DNA from: Thermomicrobiaceae bacterium
Lineage (GTDB): Bacteria > Chloroflexota > Chloroflexia > Thermomicrobiales > Thermomicrobiaceae
Length of the DNA: 64,000 nt
Direction of reading: 5' to 3'
Assembly: GCA_014874455.1 (NCBI GenBank)
Contig: JADBJL010000026.1
Span: forward strand, 96 to 64,095
Position numbers and translations under genes: made by a program. This document shows, in pieces, positions 38,840 to 48,077 of this stretch (within the stretch, counting starts at the first letter, position 1; the number at the start of each line of letters is the position of its first letter). The notes beneath the pieces are model-generated. The model was not told the origin of the DNA. It saw only the letters and a program-made list of their open reading frames with translations, and did not search any database.

Positions 38840-39037
38840 TAGCGTCGCGATCCCTCGCTGTAGCTCCGATCGTCCCGGTGGGGGACGGTGTCCACTTCTC
38901 GCGGCCGCTTCATCGAGGCCGGCCGCTCACTCTATCTCGTCATAGTGCCTGGTGCGGCGGTACACTTGCTCGCTAGCGCCGTTCACCAGTGAGGCCCCGG
39001 CGGTGCTGCAAGTGCCGCAGGCGCCTGGATCAACCAG

Positions 39038-40252
39038 ATGACGCAGAACCAGCATGTCCCCCCATTGCACAGGGATGGCCGGCGCCGGGACAGCGGTGTG
39101 GCGCGGCCCACCCGCGAGCTGCGCATCCTCTACGCGATCTCCGAGGCACTCAACAGCGCGCCGGACGTCCGGCTCGCGCTCGAGCGGACACTGGCGCTGG
39201 TCACTGACCTGCTTGGCCTGCACACCGGGTGGGTCTGGCTGCTCGACCCCGAAAGCGGCCAGTTCTACAACGCTGCCGCCCACAACCTTCCACCCTATCT
39301 CCAGGAGCCGGTGCATATGACCGGCAAGAACTGCTGGTGCATCGGCGACTTCCGTGACGGGACGCTCGCCCCCAGAAACATCTCGCTGATCGAGTGCAGC
39401 CGGCTACAGCCAGCCGTCGAGGCCGGCGCGATCGAGTCGACACGCGGCCTGCGTTACCATGCCAGCGTTCCCCTGTATTTCCGGGACAAACCACTCGGGA
39501 TCATGAATATCGCTGCGCCGTCCTGGCGCAAGCTCTCCCGCAGCGAGTTGCGGCTCCTCTCGACGATCGCCAACCAGATTGGGGTCGCGATCGAGCGAGC
39601 GCGGCTCGCTGAGGAGAGCACCCGGCTGGCCCGCGCCGAGGAGCGGGCCCGAATCGCTCGCGAGATCCACGACACGCTGGTGCAGGGGTTGACCGCGATT
39701 GGGCTGCACATCGAGAGCGCGCTGACCCACCTGGAGAGCGAGCCGGAGCGCGCCCGCGAGCGGCTCGAGCGGGCGCTCGCGACGACGCGGCAGAGCCTGG
39801 AGGAAGCCCGGCGATCGGTGACCAACCTGCGCACCGGGCTGCCGTCCGGCAAGCCACTGGCCGAAGCGCTGGGAACGCTGGCGCGCGCGTTCACGGCCGA
39901 GACCGGCGTGCGCGTCGCGGTTCAGGTCAGCGATAGCCAGCCGCTCCCGGTGAGCGTGGAGGCCGAGCTGTACCGGATCGCCCAGGAGGCGCTGGCCAAC
40001 GTGCGGCGGCATGCCCAGGCGAGCGAGGTACGCATCGCGCTGCGCGCCGGTCCCGGGCAGCAGGTCGTGCTCTCGGTTCGTGACAATGGCTGCGGCTTCG
40101 ATCCTGCCACCATCCCGGCCGGCTGTCACGGGCTGCTGGGCATGCGGGAGCGCGCCCGGCTGCTGGGCGGCCGGCTGCACGTTGCCAGCCGGGCGGGCCG
40201 GGGCACGACGGTCACCGCCATCGTGCCGCTGCGCGCGGAGGGCGAGCCGTGA
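39038..40252 (+). CDS. GAF-domain sensor histidine kinase (HisKA_3 / NarL-partner type)
   Basis: GAF-like N-half, H-box REIHDTLVQGL, and HATPase motifs (VRDNGCGF, GLLGMRERA). Confidence 0.9.
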   Translation: MTQNQHVPPLHRDGRRRDSGVARPTRELRILYAISEALNSAPDVRLALERTLALVTDLLGLHTGWVWLLDPESGQFYNAAAHNLPPYLQEPVHMTGKNCWCIGDFRDGTLAPRNISLIECSRLQPAVEAGAIESTRGLRYHASVPLYFRDKPLGIMNIAAPSWRKLSRSELRLLSTIANQIGVAIERARLAEESTRLARAEERARIAREIHDTLVQGLTAIGLHIESALTHLESEPERARERLERALATTRQSLEEARRSVTNLRTGLPSGKPLAEALGTLARAFTAETGVRVAVQVSDSQPLPVSVEAELYRIAQEALANVRRHAQASEVRIALRAGPGQQVVLSVRDNGCGFDPATIPAGCHGLLGMRERARLLGGRLHVASRAGRGTTVTAIVPLRAEGEP

Positions 40253-40875
40253 TCCGCGTGCTCGTGGTCGACGACCACCCGGTGGTGCGGGAGGGGCTGA
40301 TCAGCGTGCTGGAGCTCCAGCCGGATCTCCAGGTCATCGGAGCGGCTGGCTCGGCCGAGGAAGCGCTGTCGCTGGCCCGGCGGCTGCGGCCGGACGTGGT
40401 GCTGCTCGATCTGGAACTCCCGGGCATGGGCGGGATCGCGGCCATCCCCTACTTCCTGGCCGGCTCCGCGCCGCCGCGCGTGCTCGTCTTCACCGCCTAC
40501 GATACCGACGACCGCGTGCGCGGCGCGCTGGAGGCCGGCGCTGCCGGCTACCTGCTCAAAGGCGCCAGCGGGGAAGAGATCGCTCGCAGCGTGCGGGCAG
40601 TCTACGAGGGTCGGTCAGCTCTGGAACCACGGATCGCCGCTCGCACGCTGGCGCAGCTCCGCAGCCGGGCGCACCGGCACGGCCCGCTGACGCCGCGCGA
40701 GCGCGAGGTGCTGGCTTTGGTGGCGGAGGGACTGGCCAACAAGGAGATCGCCGGGCGACTCGGGATCTCCGAGCGGACGGTGAAGTTCCACCTTGCCTCG
40801 ATCATGGGCAAGCTCGGGGCCGAGAACCGCGCGCAGGCGACAGCGCTCGCGCTGCAGCGCGGCCTGCTGCGGTGA
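40249..40875 (+). CDS. NarL/LuxR family response regulator
   Basis: IRVLVVDDHPVVREGL, DVVLLDLELPGMGG, and C-terminal HTH LTPREREVLALVAEGLANKEIA. GTGA overlap with the kinase stop. Confidence 0.9.
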   Translation: MIRVLVVDDHPVVREGLISVLELQPDLQVIGAAGSAEEALSLARRLRPDVVLLDLELPGMGGIAAIPYFLAGSAPPRVLVFTAYDTDDRVRGALEAGAAGYLLKGASGEEIARSVRAVYEGRSALEPRIAARTLAQLRSRAHRHGPLTPREREVLALVAEGLANKEIAGRLGISERTVKFHLASIMGKLGAENRAQATALALQRGLLR

Positions 40876-40934
40876 CCTGGCACAACTGACGCGCGCCAGG
40901 AGGCTACCGGCAGCGAAGAGAAGGAAAATGGGGC

Positions 40935-41825
40935 ATGTTTCTTCCGCCGCTCCACGCCACCGCCAACGCCGATTCCTGGTTCCTGGCCTGGCACCTCGAC
41001 CCTGTGCTCGTGTCGCTCCTGACCACTGCGGGCGCGGGCTATCTGATCGCCTATCGGGCGACCGCTGGTACCGGCCGTCAAACGCTGCCAGCCTGGCGAG
41101 TCCTCGCCTACTTCGCCGGGCTGGCAGCGCTGGCCGTCGCGCTCCTCGGCCCGCCGGACCACTTCAATGGGGTGCTTTTCTCGGTACACATGGTTCAGCA
41201 CCTGCTGCTGATGCTGGTCGCCGCCCCATTGCTCGTCCTCGGCCGTCCAGCCGCGCTCGCGCTGTGGGCATTGCCGCCGCGCCCGAGGCAGCGGATCTGG
41301 CGAGCCCTGCTGGGAAACCGGCCGGTGCGCTCGTCGCTCACACTGCTCACGCACCCCTTCCTAGTCTTCCTTCTCTACAACGGCAGTTTCATCGCCTGGC
41401 ACCTCCCTTCGCTCTACCAGGCGGCGGTGGCCGATCCTCTCGTGCACGAGGTGGAGCACGCGTCCTTCTTCGGCAGCGCACTGCTGTTCTGGCAGGTGCT
41501 ACTCGATCCCCGGCCCTGGCGACGCCGCCTCTCGACCGAGGCAGTGGTGCTGGTGCTGTTCACCACCTGGATGGCCTCGGATCTGCTCTGCGCGACCGTG
41601 ACGCTCTCGAGCGAGCTGCTCTATCCGGTCTACGCATGGCAGCCCAAGCCCTGGGGACTGAGCCCGCTGGGCGACCAGCGGCTGGGTGGCGCGATGATGT
41701 GGATTGCCGGGGGTGTCCTGTACGTGGCGCTCCTTCTCGGGTACCTGGCGTACCCGGCTGTACGGCGCGGCAGCCCGCCGCGGCGGCATGCTCGATACCC
41801 CTTGACGGGACGGCGCACCCTGTAG
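40935..41825 (+). CDS. ctaG: Cytochrome c oxidase assembly factor CtaG (caa3-CtaG family membrane protein)
   Basis: Polytopic protein with FSVHMVQHLLLMLVAAPLLVLGRP and VHEVEH motifs. Confidence 0.8.
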   Translation: MFLPPLHATANADSWFLAWHLDPVLVSLLTTAGAGYLIAYRATAGTGRQTLPAWRVLAYFAGLAALAVALLGPPDHFNGVLFSVHMVQHLLLMLVAAPLLVLGRPAALALWALPPRPRQRIWRALLGNRPVRSSLTLLTHPFLVFLLYNGSFIAWHLPSLYQAAVADPLVHEVEHASFFGSALLFWQVLLDPRPWRRRLSTEAVVLVLFTTWMASDLLCATVTLSSELLYPVYAWQPKPWGLSPLGDQRLGGAMMWIAGGVLYVALLLGYLAYPAVRRGSPPRRHARYPLTGRRTL

Positions 41826-41851
41826 CGATCCTACCCATCCGGGTAGGATCG
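41826..41851 (+). terminator. Stem-loop directly after the ctaG stop
   Basis: Perfect 11-bp stem CGATCCTACCC / GGGTAGGATCG with a 4-nt loop, followed by TCTC. Confidence 0.55.
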
Positions 41852-42044
41852 TCTCACCCCAACAGGTAGTTCCATCGGAGCCGGCTCCGTACTACAATGC
41901 CCTCAAGCATGAACCCCCTTTGAGCATGCACTGTTGCGCCATCGAGAGTGCAAGAGGGCTCGTCTTATCGATGGCACCGGACCTGCTGAGGGGGTTCCCC
42001 CATTCTAGAGGCAGTGACCGACGTGAGGTGGGAGGAGGCTGGCG

Positions 42045-42215
42045 ATGTCTGGCTCTCGTGAGAACGGCGGTGGCTCGGAACAGCGCATCCCGTGGCAGCA
42101 GGTGCTGCTCGACGACATCTTCCTCCTGATCATGGCCGGGCTGGTCGTACCGACGGTCTTCTACATCCTCTGGGGCCTGATCAGCTTGGGGAACGTGCCG
42201 CTGTTCGGACGCTAG
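42045..42215 (+). CDS. 56-aa single-TM protein, candidate ba3 oxidase subunit IIa (CbaD-like)
   Basis: Not in the ORF track (under 60 aa). ATG follows GGAGGAGG with 6-nt spacing. Sequence MSGSRENGGGSEQRIPWQQVLLDDIFLLIMAGLVVPTVFYILWGLISLGNVPLFGR. It ends 33 nt before subunit II. Confidence 0.5.
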   Translation: MSGSRENGGGSEQRIPWQQVLLDDIFLLIMAGLVVPTVFYILWGLISLGNVPLFGR

Positions 42216-42248
42216 CGAGGGTGCGTGGCAGAGGGGTGGAGGCGAGCG

Positions 42249-42800
42249 ATGGCTGTCCGATTCAGCAGCCTGGCCAAGCCGCAGGGAACGTGGTGGCGAC
42301 CCCTCGGGCGCGATGAGCGGCTCTGGGGCGCGCTCGCGGTGATCTGGGGGCTGGCGATGTTCGCGATGATCGCGGTCATCTGGCCAGCCATCGGGCGAGA
42401 GCAGAACCGTATCCAGAGCTACCGGATCCAGCCGAGCGAGTTCGCCGCCCGCACCGACGAGTTCATCCAGACCTACCAAATTGGCGAGGTAGATGGCGTC
42501 CCGCTGGTCGCGCCGCCGCCTGGGGGCGATGTCTACCTCGAGGCGCGGGCCTTCGCCTGGCGGCCGGTGATCCAGCTCAAGCGCGGCGAGACCTACCGCT
42601 TCCTCATCTCCTCGCGGGATGTGCAGCACGGATTCTCGCTGGTCATGGCGCCGCATACGATCAACTTCCAGATCTTGCCGGGCTTCGTGACAGTGATCCA
42701 GCTCACGCCGGAGGACGCCGGTGAGTATCCCATCGTCTGCAACGAGTACTGCGGCCTGGGACACCACCTGATGCTCGGCCGCATCGTGGTGACCGACTAG
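42249..42800 (+). CDS. cbaB: Cytochrome c oxidase subunit II, ba3 (B-family) type
   Basis: Single TM helix plus a cupredoxin domain with the CuA site CNEYCGLGHHLM. ATG 42249 follows GGAGG. Confidence 0.9.
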   Translation: MAVRFSSLAKPQGTWWRPLGRDERLWGALAVIWGLAMFAMIAVIWPAIGREQNRIQSYRIQPSEFAARTDEFIQTYQIGEVDGVPLVAPPPGGDVYLEARAFAWRPVIQLKRGETYRFLISSRDVQHGFSLVMAPHTINFQILPGFVTVIQLTPEDAGEYPIVCNEYCGLGHHLMLGRIVVTD

Positions 42801-42825
42801 CGCGACCGAGGGGAGAGATGAGGCC

Positions 42826-44562
42826 ATGCAAGCCGTAGCAGCCTTACAGCGACGCTGCCAGGTGACGGGGCTCCTGGTCGACCGCTCGGCCGAGCGCCAG
42901 ATCATGGCGTTCGCGGTCACGGCGGTGGTCTACCTCGCGATCGGCGGCATCCTGGCCCTGCTGATCGCGCTGACCCGGTGGCCAGCCGTCCACCTTCTGC
43001 CGTACGAGAGCTTCTACGCCTTCGTCTCGACGCACGGCATGGTGATGCTGATCTTCTGGATCATCTTCTTCGAGGTGGCCGGCCTGATCTTCGGCAGCAC
43101 GGTGCTGCTCAGCGCGCGCATGGTGGTGCCTGCGCTGGGCTGGATCACCTACGGGTTGATGCTGGCCGGGTCGGTGGTCGCCACGTACTTGATGATCTCT
43201 GGCCAGGCTGTCGTGATGTTCACGTCGTACCCGCCGCTCAAGGCGCCCCCGCTGTACTACGCCTCGGTGCTGGTCTTCGCCGTCGGCGCGATCCTCGGCA
43301 TCGTGCACTTCGTCATCAACCTCGTGGGGGCGCGGTTGCGCGGCGACGTCGGCTCGCTCCCGCTGTTTACCTTTGCCCTGCTCGGCGCGGCGATCATCGC
43401 GCTCTGGAGCCTGCTGTCCGGCGCGGCCGCGCTGCTCCCGGTACTGCTGTGGTCACTCGGGGTCATCCCGTCAGTCGATCCTGGCGTGTATCGCCTGCTC
43501 TACTGGGGCCTGGGCCACGGCGCCCAGCAGATCAACCTGGCAGCGATGGTGGCGGTCTGGTACGGCCTCGCCAGCCTGACCACCGGCGCCAAGGTACTCA
43601 ACGAGGGGTTCAGTCGGATCGCGATCATCCTCTACGTGCTATTCATCAACATGGGGGCGATGCACCACCTGCTGGTCGACCCGGGTCTGGGCACCTGGGT
43701 GCGCAACATGAACGCGAGCTACTTCATGTACGGCGCGGTCATCGGGAGTCTGATCCACGCCTTCAGTATCCCGGCCTCGGTGGAGCTGGCGATGCGGGAG
43801 AAGGGCTTCCGCCGGGGGCTGTTCACCTGGCTGCGCCGGGCACCGTGGGGAGAGCCGGGGTTCGCAGCCCTGGTGACGAGCCTGTTCCTGTTCGGCGTGA
43901 TGGGCGGCGTCAGCGGCGTCATCATCGGCACGCCCTTCATCAACATGATCTCGCACAACACGCTCCTCGTCCCGGCACACTTCCACATGACGGTGGTCGC
44001 CGGCACAACGGCCGCGTTCATGGGTATCTCCTACTACCTCGTCCCGCTGATCTTCCAGCGCGAGCTGGTACTGCGCGGCTGGGCAAAACTGCAGCCGTAC
44101 GTCTATGCGCTGGGGATGACGATCTTCGGGCTCGGGATGGGCCTGGCCGGCCACTGGGGCGTACCACGCCGACACTGGGACATCACCTTCTCGACCGTAT
44201 CCGGGCTACGTACCGATATCTATCAGCAGCCGGAGATCACGGTCTTCCTCACGGGGCTGGGGATCGGAGCGATCATCGCGGTGATCGGCGGCGTGATGTT
44301 CGTCGCCGTCATCGTCGGCACCGTCCTGCTCGGTCGGCGGACAGCGACCCCAGCGGTGGGCAAGATCGCGCCGGACGCGTTCATCCCGGTGCCGGTGGCG
44401 GCCGGTGGCGGGGACACCGAGCCGGGCGAAGCCGAGCACGCGCACGAGGGCTTCGAGGTACCGGGAACGCTGGTGCTGTCGCTCGCCTTCCTGGCCCTGT
44501 TCGCGCTGCTGTATGCCATCTCCTGGTACGAGCTGAGTTCGGTACCCTGGGGGATCCGCTGA
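42826..44562 (+). CDS. cbaA: Cytochrome c oxidase subunit I, ba3 (B-family) type
   Basis: 578-aa polytopic protein with conserved His segments (HGMVMLIFW, YWGLGHGAQQ, HHLLVD, AHFHMTV). Confidence 0.95.
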   Translation: MQAVAALQRRCQVTGLLVDRSAERQIMAFAVTAVVYLAIGGILALLIALTRWPAVHLLPYESFYAFVSTHGMVMLIFWIIFFEVAGLIFGSTVLLSARMVVPALGWITYGLMLAGSVVATYLMISGQAVVMFTSYPPLKAPPLYYASVLVFAVGAILGIVHFVINLVGARLRGDVGSLPLFTFALLGAAIIALWSLLSGAAALLPVLLWSLGVIPSVDPGVYRLLYWGLGHGAQQINLAAMVAVWYGLASLTTGAKVLNEGFSRIAIILYVLFINMGAMHHLLVDPGLGTWVRNMNASYFMYGAVIGSLIHAFSIPASVELAMREKGFRRGLFTWLRRAPWGEPGFAALVTSLFLFGVMGGVSGVIIGTPFINMISHNTLLVPAHFHMTVVAGTTAAFMGISYYLVPLIFQRELVLRGWAKLQPYVYALGMTIFGLGMGLAGHWGVPRRHWDITFSTVSGLRTDIYQQPEITVFLTGLGIGAIIAVIGGVMFVAVIVGTVLLGRRTATPAVGKIAPDAFIPVPVAAGGGDTEPGEAEHAHEGFEVPGTLVLSLAFLALFALLYAISWYELSSVPWGIR

Positions 44563-44575
44563 GCGGCAGGCGAGG

Positions 44576-44594
44576 CGTCAGGGAAAACCTGACG
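44576..44594 (+). terminator. Short stem-loop after cbaA (possible attenuator or processing site)
   Basis: 7-bp stem CGTCAGG / CCTGACG with loop GAAAA. No U-tract. Confidence 0.3.
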
Positions 44595-44713
44595 ACAGGC
44601 AAGCAAAGTGACCGTATCATTGAGCGACGGTGAGCGGCGTGGTGGCGACTCATCACGCCCTGCCGTCCGAGAGAGGATGAGACCCTAGCTCCAAGCGAGG
44701 AGGGTGAGCCGAG

Positions 44714-46522
44714 GTGGACACCCACGCGCTCTTGGGACGCTTCCCGCGGTTAGCGGTCGCCACCGCGATCGCTGGCTACTTGCTAATCGTCTTCGGCGGT
44801 ACCGTCCGGGTACTCGGAGCCGGGATGGGCTGCGGGCCAGACTGGCCGCTCTGCAACGGCCAGGTAATCCCAGGGCTCGATCTGCTGGCCTGGATCGAGT
44901 TCATCCACCGGCTGCTGGCCCTCTCGGTCATCGTGCTGACCGGCCTGCTGGCCGTCACCGGGTGGCGGCTGCGACGGTTGAACCTCTGGTACGGCCGCTT
45001 GCCACTGCTGGCAGCCGGGCTCGTGCTCGCGCAGGCAGGGCTGGGAGCGATCACCGTCTTCACCCACCTGGAAGCGCTGGTCGTGACCGTCCACCTCGGT
45101 GTCGCGCTCACCTACCTGGCCACCGCGCTGATCCTGGCCCTGCTTGCGCTTCTAGGTTTCCCGGCGGCCACGCGAACGAAGGGCAGACCGCGCCTCACCG
45201 GCTGGAGTATCGCCGCAGCGCTCAGCGTCTTCGTGCTGATGCTCACCGGCGCCTACACGGCGAAGAGCGGGGCCGGCTTCGCCTGCCAGGAGTGGCCGCT
45301 TTGCGGCGGCGCCTGGATCCCGACCGGCTGGAACGCTGTCGACATCCACCTCACGCACCGGCTGCTCGCGGTGCTGGCAACCGGCATCGTCGTGGTGGCA
45401 GCCTGGCGGGCTCGCCAGCGATGGACGGACGCTCCGCTGATCGCCGCACTGGCCGTGGCCGCGGCAGTACTGATGGGCGCGCAGATCTTCGTCGGCGCGG
45501 CTAACATCTGGTTCCGGCTCGCCCCAGTGGTGAGCGTGGCCCACCTCGCGGTCGCCACGATCATCTGGGCCACCCTCGTCCTGGTGATCGCGCTCGACCG
45601 GCTGCAGCCGGCGCTGGTGGTGTCGGGTGCCGGGCAGCGACCGGTCGAATCGCGCCCCTTCTCCCACGTGGCGCGCGACTACCTCGTCTTGACGAAGCCC
45701 GGCGTGATGGTTCTGTTGCTGGTAACCACAGTCTGTGCCATGATGGTCGCCGCCGCAGGGATACCGCCGCTGGGGACGTTCGTCTGGACGGTGATCGGCG
45801 GCGCACTGGCGGCCGGCGGAGCCTCGGCCATCAATCACTGGTGGGATCGCGACATCGACGCGGTGATGAGCCGCACCCGCGGCCGGCCGCTGCCCCAGGG
45901 CCGGGTGCTGCCGGAGTGCGCCGCGATCTTCGGGGTGACGCTCAGCGTGCTCTCGGTCTACGTCTTGACCGCGTTCGTCAACCCGCTGGCGGCGCTGCTG
46001 GCGCTGGGCGGCAACCTGTTCTACGTGTTCGTCTACACCGTCTGGCTGAAGCGCACCACCCCGCAGAACATCGTCATCGGCGGAGCGGCCGGAGCGGTGC
46101 CGCCGCTCGTCGGCTGGGCTGCAGTCACTGGCCAGGTCGCGCTGCCGGCGCTGCTGATGTTCCTGCTCGTCTTCGCCTGGACGCCACCGCACTTCTGGGC
46201 GCTGGCCCTCTTCAAGAAGACCGACTACTCGGTGGCCGGGGTGCCGATGCTTCCGGCGGTGGCCGGTGAGGAGGAGACGCGCCGACAGATCTTCATCTAT
46301 ACCGTGCTCATGGTTCTGGCCAGCCTTGCCTTCTACCCGCTGGGTACGGCCGGGCTCTTCTACCTAGTCGCGGCGCTGCTGCTGGGGATGCGTTTCCTCT
46401 GGCTGGCCGGCCGGCTGCTGCGCGAGCGATCGGATCAGCTCGCGCGCCGCCTGTTCTTCTACTCCATGCAGTACCTGGGCCTGCTCTTCCTGTCCATGGT
46501 CGTGGACGCGGCCGTGTTCTGA
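44714..46522 (+). CDS. Fused heme A synthase (CtaA/COX15, N-half) and protoheme IX farnesyltransferase (CtaB/CyoE, C-half)
   Basis: N-half: GMGCGPDWPLCNG, FACQEWPLCGG and paired His-bearing helices. C-half: NHWWDRDID, RTRGRPLP, TPPHFWALAL. Confidence 0.85.
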   Translation: MDTHALLGRFPRLAVATAIAGYLLIVFGGTVRVLGAGMGCGPDWPLCNGQVIPGLDLLAWIEFIHRLLALSVIVLTGLLAVTGWRLRRLNLWYGRLPLLAAGLVLAQAGLGAITVFTHLEALVVTVHLGVALTYLATALILALLALLGFPAATRTKGRPRLTGWSIAAALSVFVLMLTGAYTAKSGAGFACQEWPLCGGAWIPTGWNAVDIHLTHRLLAVLATGIVVVAAWRARQRWTDAPLIAALAVAAAVLMGAQIFVGAANIWFRLAPVVSVAHLAVATIIWATLVLVIALDRLQPALVVSGAGQRPVESRPFSHVARDYLVLTKPGVMVLLLVTTVCAMMVAAAGIPPLGTFVWTVIGGALAAGGASAINHWWDRDIDAVMSRTRGRPLPQGRVLPECAAIFGVTLSVLSVYVLTAFVNPLAALLALGGNLFYVFVYTVWLKRTTPQNIVIGGAAGAVPPLVGWAAVTGQVALPALLMFLLVFAWTPPHFWALALFKKTDYSVAGVPMLPAVAGEEETRRQIFIYTVLMVLASLAFYPLGTAGLFYLVAALLLGMRFLWLAGRLLRERSDQLARRLFFYSMQYLGLLFLSMVVDAAVF

Positions 46523-46555
46523 CCACGCGGTCGCCAGGAGAGTAGAGGACGCGCC

Positions 46556-47659
46556 ATGCGGTACCCGGATCGCCCGCTGCTGGTCTACTGGGAGCTCACG
46601 CGCGCCTGTGAGCTGGCCTGCCGGCACTGCCGTGCCGAGGCTGTCTCCTGGCGTCATCCCCGCGAGCTCTCTACGGAAGCTGGTTTTGCCCTGCTGGATA
46701 AGCTCGCTGAGTTCGGGCCGCCGCTGCCTCACCTCGTCCTGACCGGCGGCGACCCGCTCAAGCGTCCCGATCTGTTCGACCTGATCGCGCATGCCCGTTC
46801 CCTCGGCTTCACCGTCGCGATCACGCCCAGCGGTACCTACGCGCTTACCCGACAGGTCATCGCCGCGCTCAAGGATGCCGGAATCTCGATCCTCGCGCTG
46901 AGCCTGGACGGTTCGACCGCACACCGGCACGACACGCTGCGCGGTGTCCAGGGCAGCTTCGACTGGACAGTCCAAGCCGCGCGCTGGGCCCGTGCACTCG
47001 GCTTGCCACTCCAGGTCAACACGCTGGTCTGCGCTGAGACGCGCGACGACCTGCCCGCCATGCTCGATCTCGTCGGCCAGCTCGGCGCTCGGCGCTGGAG
47101 CCTCTTCTTCCTGGTGCCGATCGGCCGCGGGCGACTACTTCGCGAGGTCGAGCCGGACGAGGCTGAACGAATTATGACCTGGCTCTACGAGGTTGCCCCC
47201 ACCGTGCCGTTCGCGATCAAGACGACCGAGGCGCCTTTCTACCGGCGGGTCGTCGCCCAGCGACGGGCCGCCGAGCGGCGCGGTGGAGCGACCCCGCCGG
47301 ATCTGGCCTCGGTTCGCCAGGGGCACGGCGTGCGCGATGGTAACGGCATCCTGTTCATCTCGCACGTGGGCGATATCTATCCGGCTGGCTTTCTACCGCT
47401 TCCCCTCGGCAACGTTGCCACGGCAGACCCGGTGGAGGTCTATCGCCGGCACCCGCTCCTCCTCACCCTGCGCGAGCCTAACCGCTTCAAGGGGAAGTGC
47501 GGCCGCTGCGAGTTCCGCTTCGCCTGCGGCGGATCGCGGGCGCGTGCCTACGCGGTCACCGGCGACCCTTTGGAGAGCGACCCCCTGTGCCCATACCAGC
47601 CCGCGACGCCGGTCGGGGCCAGACCCCGGGTCACCGAAGCTGGCACCCGACCAGCGTGA
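46556..47659 (+). CDS. Radical SAM / SPASM-domain protein
   Basis: CELACRHC (CxxxCxxC) near the N-terminus. C-terminal Cys cluster GKCGRCEFRFACGG...DPLCPY. Confidence 0.85.
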   Translation: MRYPDRPLLVYWELTRACELACRHCRAEAVSWRHPRELSTEAGFALLDKLAEFGPPLPHLVLTGGDPLKRPDLFDLIAHARSLGFTVAITPSGTYALTRQVIAALKDAGISILALSLDGSTAHRHDTLRGVQGSFDWTVQAARWARALGLPLQVNTLVCAETRDDLPAMLDLVGQLGARRWSLFFLVPIGRGRLLREVEPDEAERIMTWLYEVAPTVPFAIKTTEAPFYRRVVAQRRAAERRGGATPPDLASVRQGHGVRDGNGILFISHVGDIYPAGFLPLPLGNVATADPVEVYRRHPLLLTLREPNRFKGKCGRCEFRFACGGSRARAYAVTGDPLESDPLCPYQPATPVGARPRVTEAGTRPA

Positions 47660-47813
47660 GCGCGCCAGGGACGAGGCGACATCCTTCGCAAGCGAGGCCG
47701 GCACCTCGAGCGCCTGCATCGTCCAGCATGCCGTGACCGTCGATGCGGGCCGTCGCCTGCTCATCCTCCTGGAGTGCCGGGCGGCGCGTCACGGGGCAGC
47801 CAGCAGGGCGCCC

Positions 47814-48077
47814 TTACCAGGGGCGTGGCTGCGTTCCGGCGCGGCCGGAGCCAGCGGGGGCCTGGCCGGGCGGTCGGTTCGTGCACTCCCAGTAGACCTC
47901 TTTTCTCTGGCAGCGACAGTTGACGTGGCGCGGGGGCTGGGGGCCCTGGCCTTTGATGAACCACTGGCCGTGGAGGGCGGCGCATTCCGGGCAGGTGGTG
48001 GGGCTGAAGTGGGTGATCCACTGTTCCCAGACGACGACGGTGCCATCGCAGGGGCGTGTGGTTTCAGACGCGGTCAT
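47814..48077 (-). CDS. 87-aa zinc-ribbon protein resembling the C-terminal motif of phage MuF / SPP1 gp7 head-morphogenesis proteins
   Basis: MTASETTRPCDG...TTCPECAALHGQWF...GPQPPRHVNCRCQR (CxxC ... HxNCRC). The ATG overlaps the terminase stop by 14 nt. It is the C-terminal end of the otherwise spurious track ORF 47814..48785. Confidence 0.5.
   Translation of the reverse strand: MTASETTRPCDGTVVVWEQWITHFSPTTCPECAALHGQWFIKGQGPQPPRHVNCRCQRKEVYWECTNRPPGQAPAGSGRAGTQPRPW

Noticed and set aside
40011-40889. 292-aa + ORF overlapping the kinase and regulator genes in another frame
   Set aside because: Arg/Ala/Gly-rich off-frame translation. The histidine kinase and response regulator motifs occupy the other frames.
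42978-44633. 551-aa + ORF in an alternative frame over cbaA, and 41892..42920 on the minus strand
   Set aside because: These are off-frame or antisense to cytochrome oxidase subunits I and II. Their Arg/Gly/Pro-rich composition is typical of frame-shifted GC-rich coding DNA.
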